Shown here piece after piece: positions 1-9,476 of a DNA stretch of 64,000 nucleotides. The stretch is taken from contig JAQVMU010000002.1 of assembly GCA_028703475.1 (NCBI GenBank), forward strand, positions 29 to 64,028. The letters are read 5' to 3'. This DNA comes from Atribacterota bacterium. GTDB lineage: Bacteria; Atribacterota; Phoenicimicrobiia; Phoenicimicrobiales; Stramentimicrobiaceae. The notes below the pieces were generated by a model. That model ran no database searches and was not told the origin of the DNA. It saw only the letters and a program-made list of their open reading frames with translations. Position numbers and translations under genes: made by a program. How positions within the stretch are numbered: the stretch's first letter is position 1; the number at the start of each line of letters is the position of its first letter.

Positions 1-388
1 AATAAAACTGCATGGTCATGCAGGTCCTTATCTAAATCTGGGTATAAAAATGGGTCTTTTAGCCCTCAAGAATTTAAAAGCAAAAGGATATTTTGATTTA
101 TCTGTTGAAGCTGAACTGGAATACCGCAGACCAATGTCCTGTTTTGTTGATGGACTACAGATATCAACCGGCTGTACTATGGGAAAGGGAAATATCAAAG
201 TAAAGAATCAAACCGGTAATATTAATGCTTTATTTAAAACAGAAGACAAAAACCTTCGCATATTCCTAAAACCAGAAATAGTTAAATCTCTGGATTTTGA
301 AAAAGAAAGCTGTGAGGATTTAAGTCAAAAAGTGTTAGATATTCCCAATGCTGAATTATTTGACTATTTTAGAGAAAAATCCGATTAA
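1..388 (+). CDS. FmdE/FwdE-family protein, 5' end runs off the window (frame continues upstream as ..IKLHGHAGPYLNLGIKMG..)
   Basis: Translation carries the FmdE-domain hallmarks HGHxGPxLxxGxKMG and CxxDGxQxxTGCTxGKGN. The open frame continues to nt 2 with no upstream stop, so the N-terminus is truncated by the window edge. Confidence 0.6.
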   Translation, partial: IKLHGHAGPYLNLGIKMGLLALKNLKAKGYFDLSVEAELEYRRPMSCFVDGLQISTGCTMGKGNIKVKNQTGNINALFKTEDKNLRIFLKPEIVKSLDFEKESCEDLSQKVLDIPNAELFDYFREKSD

Positions 389-389
389 G

Positions 390-620
390 TTAAAAGTGGC
401 CTTTTTCTTCAATAATTTTCTTTAAATTTTCATTAACAGTTCCGTCCGGTAAAACATAATCCGGAGAAACATATCCTTTTTCTTCAAATCGCTGCTTCCG
501 TATACAATTTTTGCCACCATTTAAACAATAATTTTCAATCCATTTCTTATCCAGCAATCCTTTATCATAAGCTCGTTTCATCCCTGAAGTCTGGTCATAC
601 CAAATACATACATTCACCAT
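390..620 (-). CDS. small hypothetical protein (76 aa, 3 Cys, basic)
   Basis: Intact ORF with an AAGGAG Shine-Dalgarno 9 nt upstream of the ATG. Convergent with the FmdE gene. No recognisable family from sequence alone. Confidence 0.45.
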   Translation of the reverse strand: MVNVCIWYDQTSGMKRAYDKGLLDKKWIENYCLNGGKNCIRKQRFEEKGYVSPDYVLPDGTVNENLKKIIEEKGHF

Positions 621-722
621 AGTAAAACTCCTTAATATCTCTTTATGACATGAAATAATGAAAATATTTATGCAGCTAACAATATATACTTATATTGAAT
701 TGTAAAACAATTAGTACGATAC

Positions 723-2087
723 CTAAACCATTTTGGCAGGGTCAACAATTTTGTCAAATTCTTCTTCAGTCAATAAATTTAATTTTAAAGCAGCTTCTTT
801 TAAACTTATCTCTTCCTGGTATGCTTTCAGAGCTATCTTTGCAGCATTATCATAGCCAACTATAGGATTTAAAGCGGTTACCAGCATAAGGTTATTATTT
901 AAAAAATAATTTATTCTTTCTTTATTTGGGCTGAGGCCTTTTAAGCAATTTTCGCTGAATGAAATGATAGAATCAGCTAAGAGCCTGACTGATTGTAAAA
1001 AATTGTATACAGTAACCGGTAAAAATACGTTTAGCTCAAAATTTCCTTGACTGGCTGCAATACCAATAGAAACATCATTTCCCATAATCTGTACTGCAAC
1101 CATTGTCACAGCCTCACATTGTGTTGGATTAACCTTTCCCGGCATTATAGAACTTCCCGGTTCATTAGCCGGAATATTCAATTCTCCTATCCCACAGCGA
1201 GGACCACTGGAAAGCCACCGGATATCATTTGCTATTTTCATCATATCTGCGGCTAATCCTTTAACTGCTCCATGTGTGAAGACTAAATCATCCAAACTGG
1301 TTAATGAATAGAATTTATTAGATGCAGTTTTAAAATTTCTGGATGTCAGGACTGCAATCTTTTCAGCTACTCTTTCGGCAAATTCAGGAGGGGCATTTAA
1401 TCCTGTCCCTACCGCCGTACCCCCTAAAGCGATATCTAATAATTTAAGGCAACCTTCCTTAATCATTTCTTCACTGCGTTCAATCATCCGGTACCATCCA
1501 CTTATCTCCTGTCCCAAGGTCAATGGAACGGCATCCTGAAGATGAGTTCTGCCTGCTTTTACAATATCTTTATTATCCTCAATTTTTTTAATTAAAACTT
1601 CTTTTATTAACGACAGGGCAGGAAATAACCTGCCTTCGAGTTCATTAACAGCAGCAATATGCATTGCAGTCGGGAAAGTGTCATTGGAGCTCTGCCCCTT
1701 ATTAACATGATCATTGGGATGAATTGTTTTCTTGCCTAAAATCTGGTTTGCCCTATTCGCGATTACTTCATTTATATTCATGTTAGTATGTGTGCCACTA
1801 CCTGTTTGCCATACGACAAGTGGAAAATGACTATCCATCTTTCCATTCAATATCTCTTCACACACTATAACAATCATATCAGCAGCTTTCTTCTCTATCC
1901 AACCAAGTTCATAATTAGTTAAGGCAGCGGCCTTTTTTAAAATTGCAAAGGCCTTTATAATTTCGATTGGCATTTTATCTTTACCTATCTTAAAATTCTC
2001 CAGACTACGCTGGGTTTGAGCTCCCCACAATCTATCTCCAGGTATTTGTACTTCTCCCATACTATCCTTTTCAACTTTTATCCTCAT
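723..2087 (-). CDS. fumC: fumarate hydratase class II (fumarase C / aspartase superfamily)
   Basis: 454 aa with the VWQTGSGTHTNMNINEVIANRA motif typical of FumC and the GSSIMPGKVNPTQCEA lyase signature. An AGGAGG RBS precedes the ATG. Confidence 0.85.
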   Translation of the reverse strand: MRIKVEKDSMGEVQIPGDRLWGAQTQRSLENFKIGKDKMPIEIIKAFAILKKAAALTNYELGWIEKKAADMIVIVCEEILNGKMDSHFPLVVWQTGSGTHTNMNINEVIANRANQILGKKTIHPNDHVNKGQSSNDTFPTAMHIAAVNELEGRLFPALSLIKEVLIKKIEDNKDIVKAGRTHLQDAVPLTLGQEISGWYRMIERSEEMIKEGCLKLLDIALGGTAVGTGLNAPPEFAERVAEKIAVLTSRNFKTASNKFYSLTSLDDLVFTHGAVKGLAADMMKIANDIRWLSSGPRCGIGELNIPANEPGSSIMPGKVNPTQCEAVTMVAVQIMGNDVSIGIAASQGNFELNVFLPVTVYNFLQSVRLLADSIISFSENCLKGLSPNKERINYFLNNNLMLVTALNPIVGYDNAAKIALKAYQEEISLKEAALKLNLLTEEEFDKIVDPAKMV

Positions 2088-2670
2088 TATTGGAATCCTC
2101 CTATTTAATAATTCACAATAAATTAACTGTCAAATTGATAAAAAAATGAATTATAAAAAACTAAATTCGAAACATTTTTGTCCATATTTCAACCTCAACT
2201 ATAATTTTCTAATTTCCTTTTAAAATTATATTTTTAATCCAATACTTTTTCTAAAAATTAAATCACTTATTTTTATTATAGTACAATTGAATAAAAAATA
2301 TGGACGATCTATACAATTTTAAATATTTATCTACCCAAAAACTCCCGGTTTTAATTTGATTAAACTAAATAGCGAAGCAATAAAAGTATTTTTGCAGGAT
2401 ACACTTCTATTTGATACAATATTTACTGTGAGGTGGTTTGCTATATTCTAATAGTGTTATCTTTATTGAAAATTGTCTATTATTGTGTCAATAAAATTAC
2501 AATAGACTTATTATTTATTCAGTAACTTACATTTGAAGTATCAAAATTCTAAAATCTTTGAGATGGGGGGTGATTATCAAAATATTTGATCAATTATCCT
2601 TTTCTTTATTGTATAACTATCCAACTTAAAAAATAATTTATTATTAAAAAACTATAGGAGGTTTTATTCG

Positions 2671-3675
2671 ATGAAAAAAATATTGTGGTCTTTGCTAATA
2701 GTTTTATTTTTGGTTTTCTGTGTAACTGCTAACAGTCTTGCCCAAAAAGAAGTCCTACACTTATATACAGCTTTTGATACCGAGGAAGCAAAATTATACA
2801 TTGAAGCATTTGAAGAAGAAACCGGTATTGATGTCCAATGGGTTAGAATGTCTTCTGGAGAGGTATTAGCCAGAATAGAAGCAGAAGCCAGTAATCCTCA
2901 GGCAAGTGTCTGGCACGCCGGTTCTAATACATCTCATATTAATGCTGCTTCCAAAGGATTATTGGAACCCTACAAACCCAATACAGATTTTGAATTACCT
3001 GATTTATTCCATGCTGATGATTGGGCTTGGTTAGGATTCTATAGTGGTGCCATAGGATTTGTCACCAATACCGAATTTTTAGAAGAAAACAATATGGAAC
3101 CCCCGACTTCCTGGGCAAACTTACTTCATCCTAAATTAAAACAGAATGTAGCTATGGCTTACCCTTATACTTCGGGAACTGCCTATACAACCTATGCAAC
3201 TCTTGTTCAAATGTTAGGCTTAGAAAAAGCACTGGATTGGTGGGAAGATTTTGACCAGCATAGCATTTTCCAATACACCAAATCAGGAACCGCCTGCATA
3301 GGTATGGTAGGACTTGGCGAAGTTGCTGTTGGAATATCCTTCTCCCATGATATCCTGGCTAAGGGTGTAAAAGCAGGTTATCCTGTAGTCATGACCTTCC
3401 CGGAAGAAGGGACTGGATATGAGATTGGAGGATTATCCTTAATTAAAGGAGCTCCTGAGGCGGAATTAGGAAAGAAATTTATAGATTGGTGTTATACGGT
3501 CGATGCTCAAAACCTATTCCAGGAATACAACAGACTTCCAGTTAATCCGGAGGCTACAGTCGCAGAAGGCTCTGTTACCTTAGAAGATGTAAAGTTAATC
3601 GATTATGACCATATTCTTGCAGGAGAGAGTAAAGATGATTGGGTCGAGGCCTGGAGAGATCGTATAGGCAAATAA
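2671..3675 (+). CDS. ABC transporter periplasmic substrate-binding protein, FbpA/AfuA/ThiB-like (SBP family 1)
   Basis: N-terminal signal peptide followed by a Cys (lipobox-like LVFCV..). Length and motif pattern fit the Fe3+/thiamine/sugar-phosphate-binding SBP family. A GGAGG RBS is present. Confidence 0.75.
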   Translation: MKKILWSLLIVLFLVFCVTANSLAQKEVLHLYTAFDTEEAKLYIEAFEEETGIDVQWVRMSSGEVLARIEAEASNPQASVWHAGSNTSHINAASKGLLEPYKPNTDFELPDLFHADDWAWLGFYSGAIGFVTNTEFLEENNMEPPTSWANLLHPKLKQNVAMAYPYTSGTAYTTYATLVQMLGLEKALDWWEDFDQHSIFQYTKSGTACIGMVGLGEVAVGISFSHDILAKGVKAGYPVVMTFPEEGTGYEIGGLSLIKGAPEAELGKKFIDWCYTVDAQNLFQEYNRLPVNPEATVAEGSVTLEDVKLIDYDHILAGESKDDWVEAWRDRIGK

Positions 3676-3769
3676 AGAAATGAATTAAAATAATTTTAAT
3701 CCCTGCTGCTATTAATCTAATTCAAAAATTTAGAAACAGTAGCAGGGATTTTATAAATCAAGGCAATTA

Positions 3770-5485
3770 ATGATGAATAGCTATAGAAACAGGCAGTTTC
3801 ATGAAATAGCAGGACAATTAAGGCTTATCTGGAAAGAGCCAATACTTTTTGTTTTTATCATACTTATTTTTTATTTTTTATTTACTTTTGTTGCATATCC
3901 CTTATTCCAGGTTATTAAATATAGTATTTTTATTGACGGACAATGGGATTTTTCCAACTACCTGGCAATCTTTTCTAAAAGATATTATTTTCAGCCATTT
4001 ATAAATAGTATAATTCTGGGTATTTGTACCGCAACTATCGGAACAATTGCCGGTTTTATTTTTGCTTATGCCTTGACCAGAACCCCTTTGCCATTTAAAT
4101 CATTTTTTCGTTTAACCGCCACTTTTCCCATTATCTCGCCACCATTTGTAGTTGCACTGGCAGCAATTCTTCTTTTTGGAAGAGCAGGTGCATTAACGCC
4201 CTGGTTAAAAAATATAATTGGCAATTATTCTGTCTATGGATTGGGTGGTTTGATTTTAGTAGAGACAATTGCCTATAGTCCTACCGCTTTCATGGTTTTA
4301 TATGGAATCCTGGAGGCAATAGACCCCTCATTGGAAGAAGCTTCTATGGATCTGGGGGCTGCAAGAATTAAAATATTTTCTTCTGTCACTTTGCCTCTTG
4401 CTACTCCGGGAATCGCCAGTGCCTGGCTTTTAGTATTCATTCAATCTATGGCAGATTTTGGTAATCCCATGGTTATTTCGGGTAATTATAGAGTGCTTTC
4501 GGTTCAAGCTTTTTTACAGATTACCGGAATGTATGATCTTCCCCGTGGCTCTACTTTAGCTATACTTTTACTTGTGCCAACCTTGATCGCTTTTTTTGTT
4601 CAAAAATACTGGGTTTCCCGTAAATCCTATGTGACTGTAACCGGAAAACCTACCGGTGCTACTATAAAAAACCTGGAATGGTATATCAAACTGCCGGTAT
4701 ATGGAGCCTGCTTACTTTATGCCGGAATTGTAATTTTATTCTATGGTACTATTGTATATGGCTCATTCCAAACCTTATGGGGTGTTAATCCTACGCTGAC
4801 TCTACAAAATTATGTAGAAATGTTTGAGGTTGGAAAAGATTATCTGATTGACTCTATTACTTTATCTACTATTGCCACCCCTATTACCGGAATAGTTGGA
4901 ATTTTTATATCTTTCTTGATTATAAGAAAAAAATTTATTGGGCGAGGACTCATGGAATTTATTTCCATGTTAACCTTTGCAGTGCCCGGAACAGTTGTTG
5001 GTATTGGATATATACTGGCATTCAATCAGGAATCAGTTGTGATGCCTGTTGTTTTAACCGGCACAGCATGGATAATTATTTTACTTCTCGTTTTCCGTAA
5101 TATGCCAGTCGGTATACGTTCAGGAATTGCTGCGCTGCAACAGATTGACCCGGCAATTGAAGAAGCATCAACTGACTTAGGAGCTGATAGTAATACCACT
5201 TTCCGAAAAATTACTCTGCCGATGATTGCTCCGGCATTCTTTTCGGGTTTAGCCTACAGTTTTGTTAAAGCAATGACAGCAATCAGTGCAATTATTTTTG
5301 TAGTATCAGGTCAATGGAATCTTATCACAGTTGCAATTCTCGGTTTTGTTGATAACACTCAATACGCACATGCTGCCGCCATGAGTATGTTATTAATTGT
5401 AATTGTCCTGATAGCGCTTGGACTGATACAATTTATTGTAGGTAAAATAGGGAAAGGTGTTAGAACAACTGAAATTTTGGGTTAA
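3770..5485 (+). CDS. ABC transporter permease with duplicated transmembrane domain (FbpB/AfuB/ThiP type)
   Basis: 571 aa with two tandem BPD-type permease halves (EAS-loop-like ..EEASMDLGA.. and ..EEASTDLGA.. motifs) and about 12 TM segments. Confidence 0.8.
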   Translation: MMNSYRNRQFHEIAGQLRLIWKEPILFVFIILIFYFLFTFVAYPLFQVIKYSIFIDGQWDFSNYLAIFSKRYYFQPFINSIILGICTATIGTIAGFIFAYALTRTPLPFKSFFRLTATFPIISPPFVVALAAILLFGRAGALTPWLKNIIGNYSVYGLGGLILVETIAYSPTAFMVLYGILEAIDPSLEEASMDLGAARIKIFSSVTLPLATPGIASAWLLVFIQSMADFGNPMVISGNYRVLSVQAFLQITGMYDLPRGSTLAILLLVPTLIAFFVQKYWVSRKSYVTVTGKPTGATIKNLEWYIKLPVYGACLLYAGIVILFYGTIVYGSFQTLWGVNPTLTLQNYVEMFEVGKDYLIDSITLSTIATPITGIVGIFISFLIIRKKFIGRGLMEFISMLTFAVPGTVVGIGYILAFNQESVVMPVVLTGTAWIIILLLVFRNMPVGIRSGIAALQQIDPAIEEASTDLGADSNTTFRKITLPMIAPAFFSGLAYSFVKAMTAISAIIFVVSGQWNLITVAILGFVDNTQYAHAAAMSMLLIVIVLIALGLIQFIVGKIGKGVRTTEILG

Positions 5486-5518
5486 TTCTATTGTTTAATT
5501 AAGCAGAAAGGTTCTAAA

Positions 5519-6613
5519 ATGAAAAATAACTATTTGGAATTGAAAGATTTGATTAAAATATTTGGAAGTGGAAGAGATAGTGTAACAGCAGTTAATAATG
5601 TAAGCTTAAAAGTTAATGAAGGTGAACTTGTAACCCTTCTGGGGCCTTCAGGGTGTGGTAAAACTACTATATTACGGATGATTTCCGGCTTTGAATTGCC
5701 CACCTCCGGTAAAATATTTATTGATCAGGAAGATGTGACAACAACTCCTCCTAATAAGCGACCAACGGCTATGGTATTTCAAAATTATGCACTTTTCCCT
5801 CATATGACAGTTGCCCAAAACATTATTTATGGACCTAAAATTCATGGCGAAAATTCTCAATCAGCCAAGAAAAAGGCTGATGATATAATGAAATTGGTTG
5901 GCCTGGAAAAATTTGGAAATCGTTCACCATCCCAACTCTCCGGAGGACAGCAGCAAAGAGTCAGCCTGGCTCGTTCTTTGATTATGGAGCCAAAAGTTTT
6001 ATTGCTTGATGAACCTCTTTCAAATCTGGATGCAAAACTCAGGGTATCAATGCGTCTTGAAATAAGAAAATTACAACAACGGGTCGGAATTACCTCCATA
6101 TATGTAACCCATGATCAGGAAGAAGCTATGTCTCTTTCCGATCGAGTTGTAATCTTGAAAGATGGGGTAATACAGCAAATTGGAACCCCCTTAGAAGTTT
6201 ATGCCAGACCGGATAATTGTTTTGTGGCTGATTTTATCGGGAAAGCAAATTTTCTAAATACAGTTGTTGAGGATGTCACTCCAGACGGTGATGTTACTAT
6301 TAATCTATTAGAGCAAAAACTAATTATCCCAAAAGCAAAAAAATCCTTTAAAAAAAATGATAAAGCATTTCTGGTCCTACGCCCTGAATCTATAATCCTT
6401 GAAAAGAAAAAACCTGATACTATAACCGGCATCATTCGGGAAATTGTCTTTTTAGGTAATCAGATGACCTATATTATCGAAATTGCAAAACAACTGGTTA
6501 CTGTTGAAATGTCAAATCCACAGGAATGTGAATCATTTGAAAATGGTGAAGAAGTATCTATTAAATTACCGGTTAGAAGTCTTCATTTATTACCATGGGA
6601 GGAAGAAAAATGA
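5519..6613 (+). CDS. ABC transporter ATP-binding protein (FbpC/PotA-like with C-terminal TOBE-like domain)
   Basis: Walker A GPSGCGKTT, signature LSGGQQQRVSLARSL and Walker B LLLDEP. The C-terminal 120 aa extension is typical of importer ATPases. Confidence 0.9.
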   Translation: MKNNYLELKDLIKIFGSGRDSVTAVNNVSLKVNEGELVTLLGPSGCGKTTILRMISGFELPTSGKIFIDQEDVTTTPPNKRPTAMVFQNYALFPHMTVAQNIIYGPKIHGENSQSAKKKADDIMKLVGLEKFGNRSPSQLSGGQQQRVSLARSLIMEPKVLLLDEPLSNLDAKLRVSMRLEIRKLQQRVGITSIYVTHDQEEAMSLSDRVVILKDGVIQQIGTPLEVYARPDNCFVADFIGKANFLNTVVEDVTPDGDVTINLLEQKLIIPKAKKSFKKNDKAFLVLRPESIILEKKKPDTITGIIREIVFLGNQMTYIIEIAKQLVTVEMSNPQECESFENGEEVSIKLPVRSLHLLPWEEEK

Positions 6614-7407
6614 AACCGGTTATCTGCATTGAAATGATTTATCCGGGGATAAAGCCAGAAGAAAAAATCGAGAAAATTAAGCAAGCCGGTTTTTCCTGGA
6701 TTGAATTCTGGGATTGGACAGACAAAAACATTGATCTTCTTTATTCCTCATGCCATCAATTTAATGTAAAAGTGGCTAATTTCAGTGCCCAGAGACACGG
6801 GTGCTTAATTGCCAGCAACACTCATCATGAAATATTTTTTGATTTGAAACATGCAATAAAAACAGCAAAAATACTGAATTGCCCTTATCTGATGTTATTA
6901 ACAGATGAATTGGGAGAAGAAGGAATAGTAAAATACAACTATGCTGAGATAAGTGCAAAAGAGAAATATGATAATATTATTTCCGGCCTGGAAAAGGCAA
7001 TCAGCCTAACTCCCGGTTCTATAACTCTGGTATTAGAAATTCTTAATACAAAAATTGACCATCCTGGTTATTGTCTGGATAATATGGATACTGCGGTAAA
7101 AATAATCAGGGAGATTAACTATCCTCAGCTTAAAATTTTAGCCGATTTATATCATCTTGGAGTCATGGGTCATGATATCAAACAAATTATTAAACAATAC
7201 CTCCCGGAAATAGGTTATATTCATATTGCCGATATTCCGGGAAGACACGAACCCGGAACAGGTCAAATAGACTGGAAAGAAATTCTGGAATTACTGAAAG
7301 CAGAAAGATACAATGGTTTTGTTGGGTTTGAATATTCCCCTGCTCATGATTCTGATGAATCACTACTCCAAATAAAAAATCTCTGGGAATCAGTTTTTAC
7401 TGAATAA
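6610..7407 (+). CDS. xylose-isomerase-like TIM-barrel protein (hydroxypyruvate isomerase / ketose 3-epimerase family)
   Basis: Hyi-like pattern. The ATG at 6610 overlaps the stop of the ATPase gene and has a GGAGG RBS. The longer frame starting at 6595 is less likely. Confidence 0.7.
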   Translation: MKPVICIEMIYPGIKPEEKIEKIKQAGFSWIEFWDWTDKNIDLLYSSCHQFNVKVANFSAQRHGCLIASNTHHEIFFDLKHAIKTAKILNCPYLMLLTDELGEEGIVKYNYAEISAKEKYDNIISGLEKAISLTPGSITLVLEILNTKIDHPGYCLDNMDTAVKIIREINYPQLKILADLYHLGVMGHDIKQIIKQYLPEIGYIHIADIPGRHEPGTGQIDWKEILELLKAERYNGFVGFEYSPAHDSDESLLQIKNLWESVFTE

Positions 7408-7428
7408 TCTTGATTAAATTTTTTATAT

Positions 7429-8307
7429 TTAATATTTTTCCTGAATCAGTGTTTCCACCTCATCAATAGATCGACGAAAAGGCCCTTCTGCTTCCATCTT
7501 CAAACTTGTTACTGCTGCTGCCCAGATAGTGGATTCCTGTGGGGAAGAATTAATTCTTTTTGCCATATAGGAAGCTATACAGGTATCACCCCTACCACTC
7601 CGTCCGATTAGTTCTCTGGGATAAAATAGAGCCTGGTGAAACTTTTCCTCAGCAAACACCAGCACACCTTCTTTGTGTGTAATGATTACTTCTTTTGGCC
7701 CCAAATCCCTAATTAAAGTAGCTGCTTTTTTAATATCTTTCTCTCCTGTTAAAATTTCAGCTTCCACTGCATCAGTCTTTAATACATCAATACAGGATAA
7801 AATTTCTTCCTTCTCCGGCCATGTTTTTGCTATTAATTTACCATTATCATTTACACGGAGAAAACTTTGAATATCAGCAGCCAAAATAGAGTCTTTCTGT
7901 GCAAGCATCTTAACCACTGTCAGTGGAATTTCTTCACGCATGGAAGCTCCAACAACAATAACTTCAGCATTTATTACATTAACCTCCCTCAAAGTAAAGG
8001 GTCCTGCCCAGCTACTTACATATATAACTCTCTCATCCGGGTTATCTGAAGGATATACTAATTTTAAACAGGTAGATTCTGGAATCCAGGTTACATATGT
8101 TTTAACTCCCAACTCTTCTAAATCCCTTGCCACTTCTGAATCTTCTGATGACATCATTGTTACTGCCTGTACTTTAAGATTCATTCTGGCGGCAACATTT
8201 GCGCCATAATTGAAAGCACCTCCATTAACAACCCTGGTCCCACTGACAGATACAATAGTATCTTTTGTATAATGGCCTATAAAGGCTATTTGGTATGAGT
8301 TTTTCAA
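7429..8307 (-). CDS. PfkB-family carbohydrate kinase (ribokinase-like)
   Basis: 292 aa with an N-terminal GG dipeptide region and a C-terminal anion-hole-like G-R-G-D-T motif characteristic of the ribokinase superfamily. Confidence 0.7.
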   Translation of the reverse strand: MKNSYQIAFIGHYTKDTIVSVSGTRVVNGGAFNYGANVAARMNLKVQAVTMMSSEDSEVARDLEELGVKTYVTWIPESTCLKLVYPSDNPDERVIYVSSWAGPFTLREVNVINAEVIVVGASMREEIPLTVVKMLAQKDSILAADIQSFLRVNDNGKLIAKTWPEKEEILSCIDVLKTDAVEAEILTGEKDIKKAATLIRDLGPKEVIITHKEGVLVFAEEKFHQALFYPRELIGRSGRGDTCIASYMAKRINSSPQESTIWAAAVTSLKMEAEGPFRRSIDEVETLIQEKY

Positions 8308-8372
8308 CTAACTAACCTCCTGAATTGTTATGAAAAAAATTATAAATAAGAATTACATTATACTAATTCTTA

Positions 8373-9209
8373 TTAGGTATTTAAAAATTCAATTGCCTTT
8401 TCAATTCTATTTTTTAGGTCCTCTTTATTTAATGCCTGTAAATCCCTATTAAATGGTTCAAATGAAACTATACCATCATAACCATTCTTAATAAAATACT
8501 CAATTAGTTGTTTGCTTTTTAATTTATCATTTAAAAAATCAATATTGCGGTGTTCATCGTTATATTCTTCTGTACATATTTCTGCAGTTACAGCAGATAT
8601 ATGTATTATTCCGGTTATTTGAATATCATACTCCCTAATTATTGTCTTAAAACTGTCAGGACCGATGGCATGATGGAAAGTGTCAAATACAACTTTATAT
8701 CCTTCATATCCCACCTCTCTAATTGCTTTCATGGCTGTAATAACAGAAGATAAAGAACTGGATTTAAATCCTAGCGGTTCGATATATCCCTTAATATTAT
8801 ATTTCTTAAGGATAGGGGCCAATTCTATTAACATATCAACAGTATCCCTGAATTGCTCTTTTGGACTACGAAAATCATTAATGGAATTAATCGGACAAAA
8901 AACAATTGCCGGGCAGTTTATTTCTTTTGCTAAATTTGACAGGTAGATTAATTCCTTTTTTATTTTTTCCAAATCAATAGGATTGTTAAACCTTTGTAAT
9001 GCATTAATGGTGCATATTTTTATACTATATCGATCAGCAAGTATCTTTGTTTCTTTTGCAGTAAGAGTATCGGTTATGCTTTTACCTGGTAAATCATTTC
9101 TTAGTTCAAGACAATTTAACCCTAACTCATTTGCAAGTTGAAAATAATCTATAATATGAAGAGACGGGCATAAAATTCTATTTATCCCAAAATTAGAACG
9201 ATTAATCAT
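8373..9209 (-). CDS. sugar phosphate isomerase/epimerase, xylose-isomerase-like TIM barrel
   Basis: 278 aa with an AP-endonuclease-2/TIM-barrel-like pattern. Co-directional with and 65 nt downstream of the PfkB kinase gene. Confidence 0.6.
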   Translation of the reverse strand: MINRSNFGINRILCPSLHIIDYFQLANELGLNCLELRNDLPGKSITDTLTAKETKILADRYSIKICTINALQRFNNPIDLEKIKKELIYLSNLAKEINCPAIVFCPINSINDFRSPKEQFRDTVDMLIELAPILKKYNIKGYIEPLGFKSSSLSSVITAMKAIREVGYEGYKVVFDTFHHAIGPDSFKTIIREYDIQITGIIHISAVTAEICTEEYNDEHRNIDFLNDKLKSKQLIEYFIKNGYDGIVSFEPFNRDLQALNKEDLKNRIEKAIEFLNT

Positions 9210-9476
9210 AATTTCTTCTTTCTTATTTAAAAATCCTTTTTATGACGAAATTAACCTTTTGTTTTCCTATCATAAATAAAATATATATATAATTCTGTAT
9301 AACTAAATTGTTAACACTACTCGAAAATAGTACAACTAAATTATAATCCTATGGTCAAAAGATCTAAATACTTGTAGTTGATACACTACTCCTTAATTCT
9401 GTAAATTACATATTATAGAAAAGTTTGAGAGGTAAAATATTATATGTTCGAAATAGTAGTTATAAACACTATTAAT

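Noticed and set aside
2300-2670. Looked for a TPP or other riboswitch, or an sRNA, in the 583-nt leader of the ABC importer.
   Set aside because: No CUGAGA...ACCUGAUCUGGAUAAUGCCAGC TPP core and no convincing conserved structure was found. Only a generic AT-rich promoter region is present.
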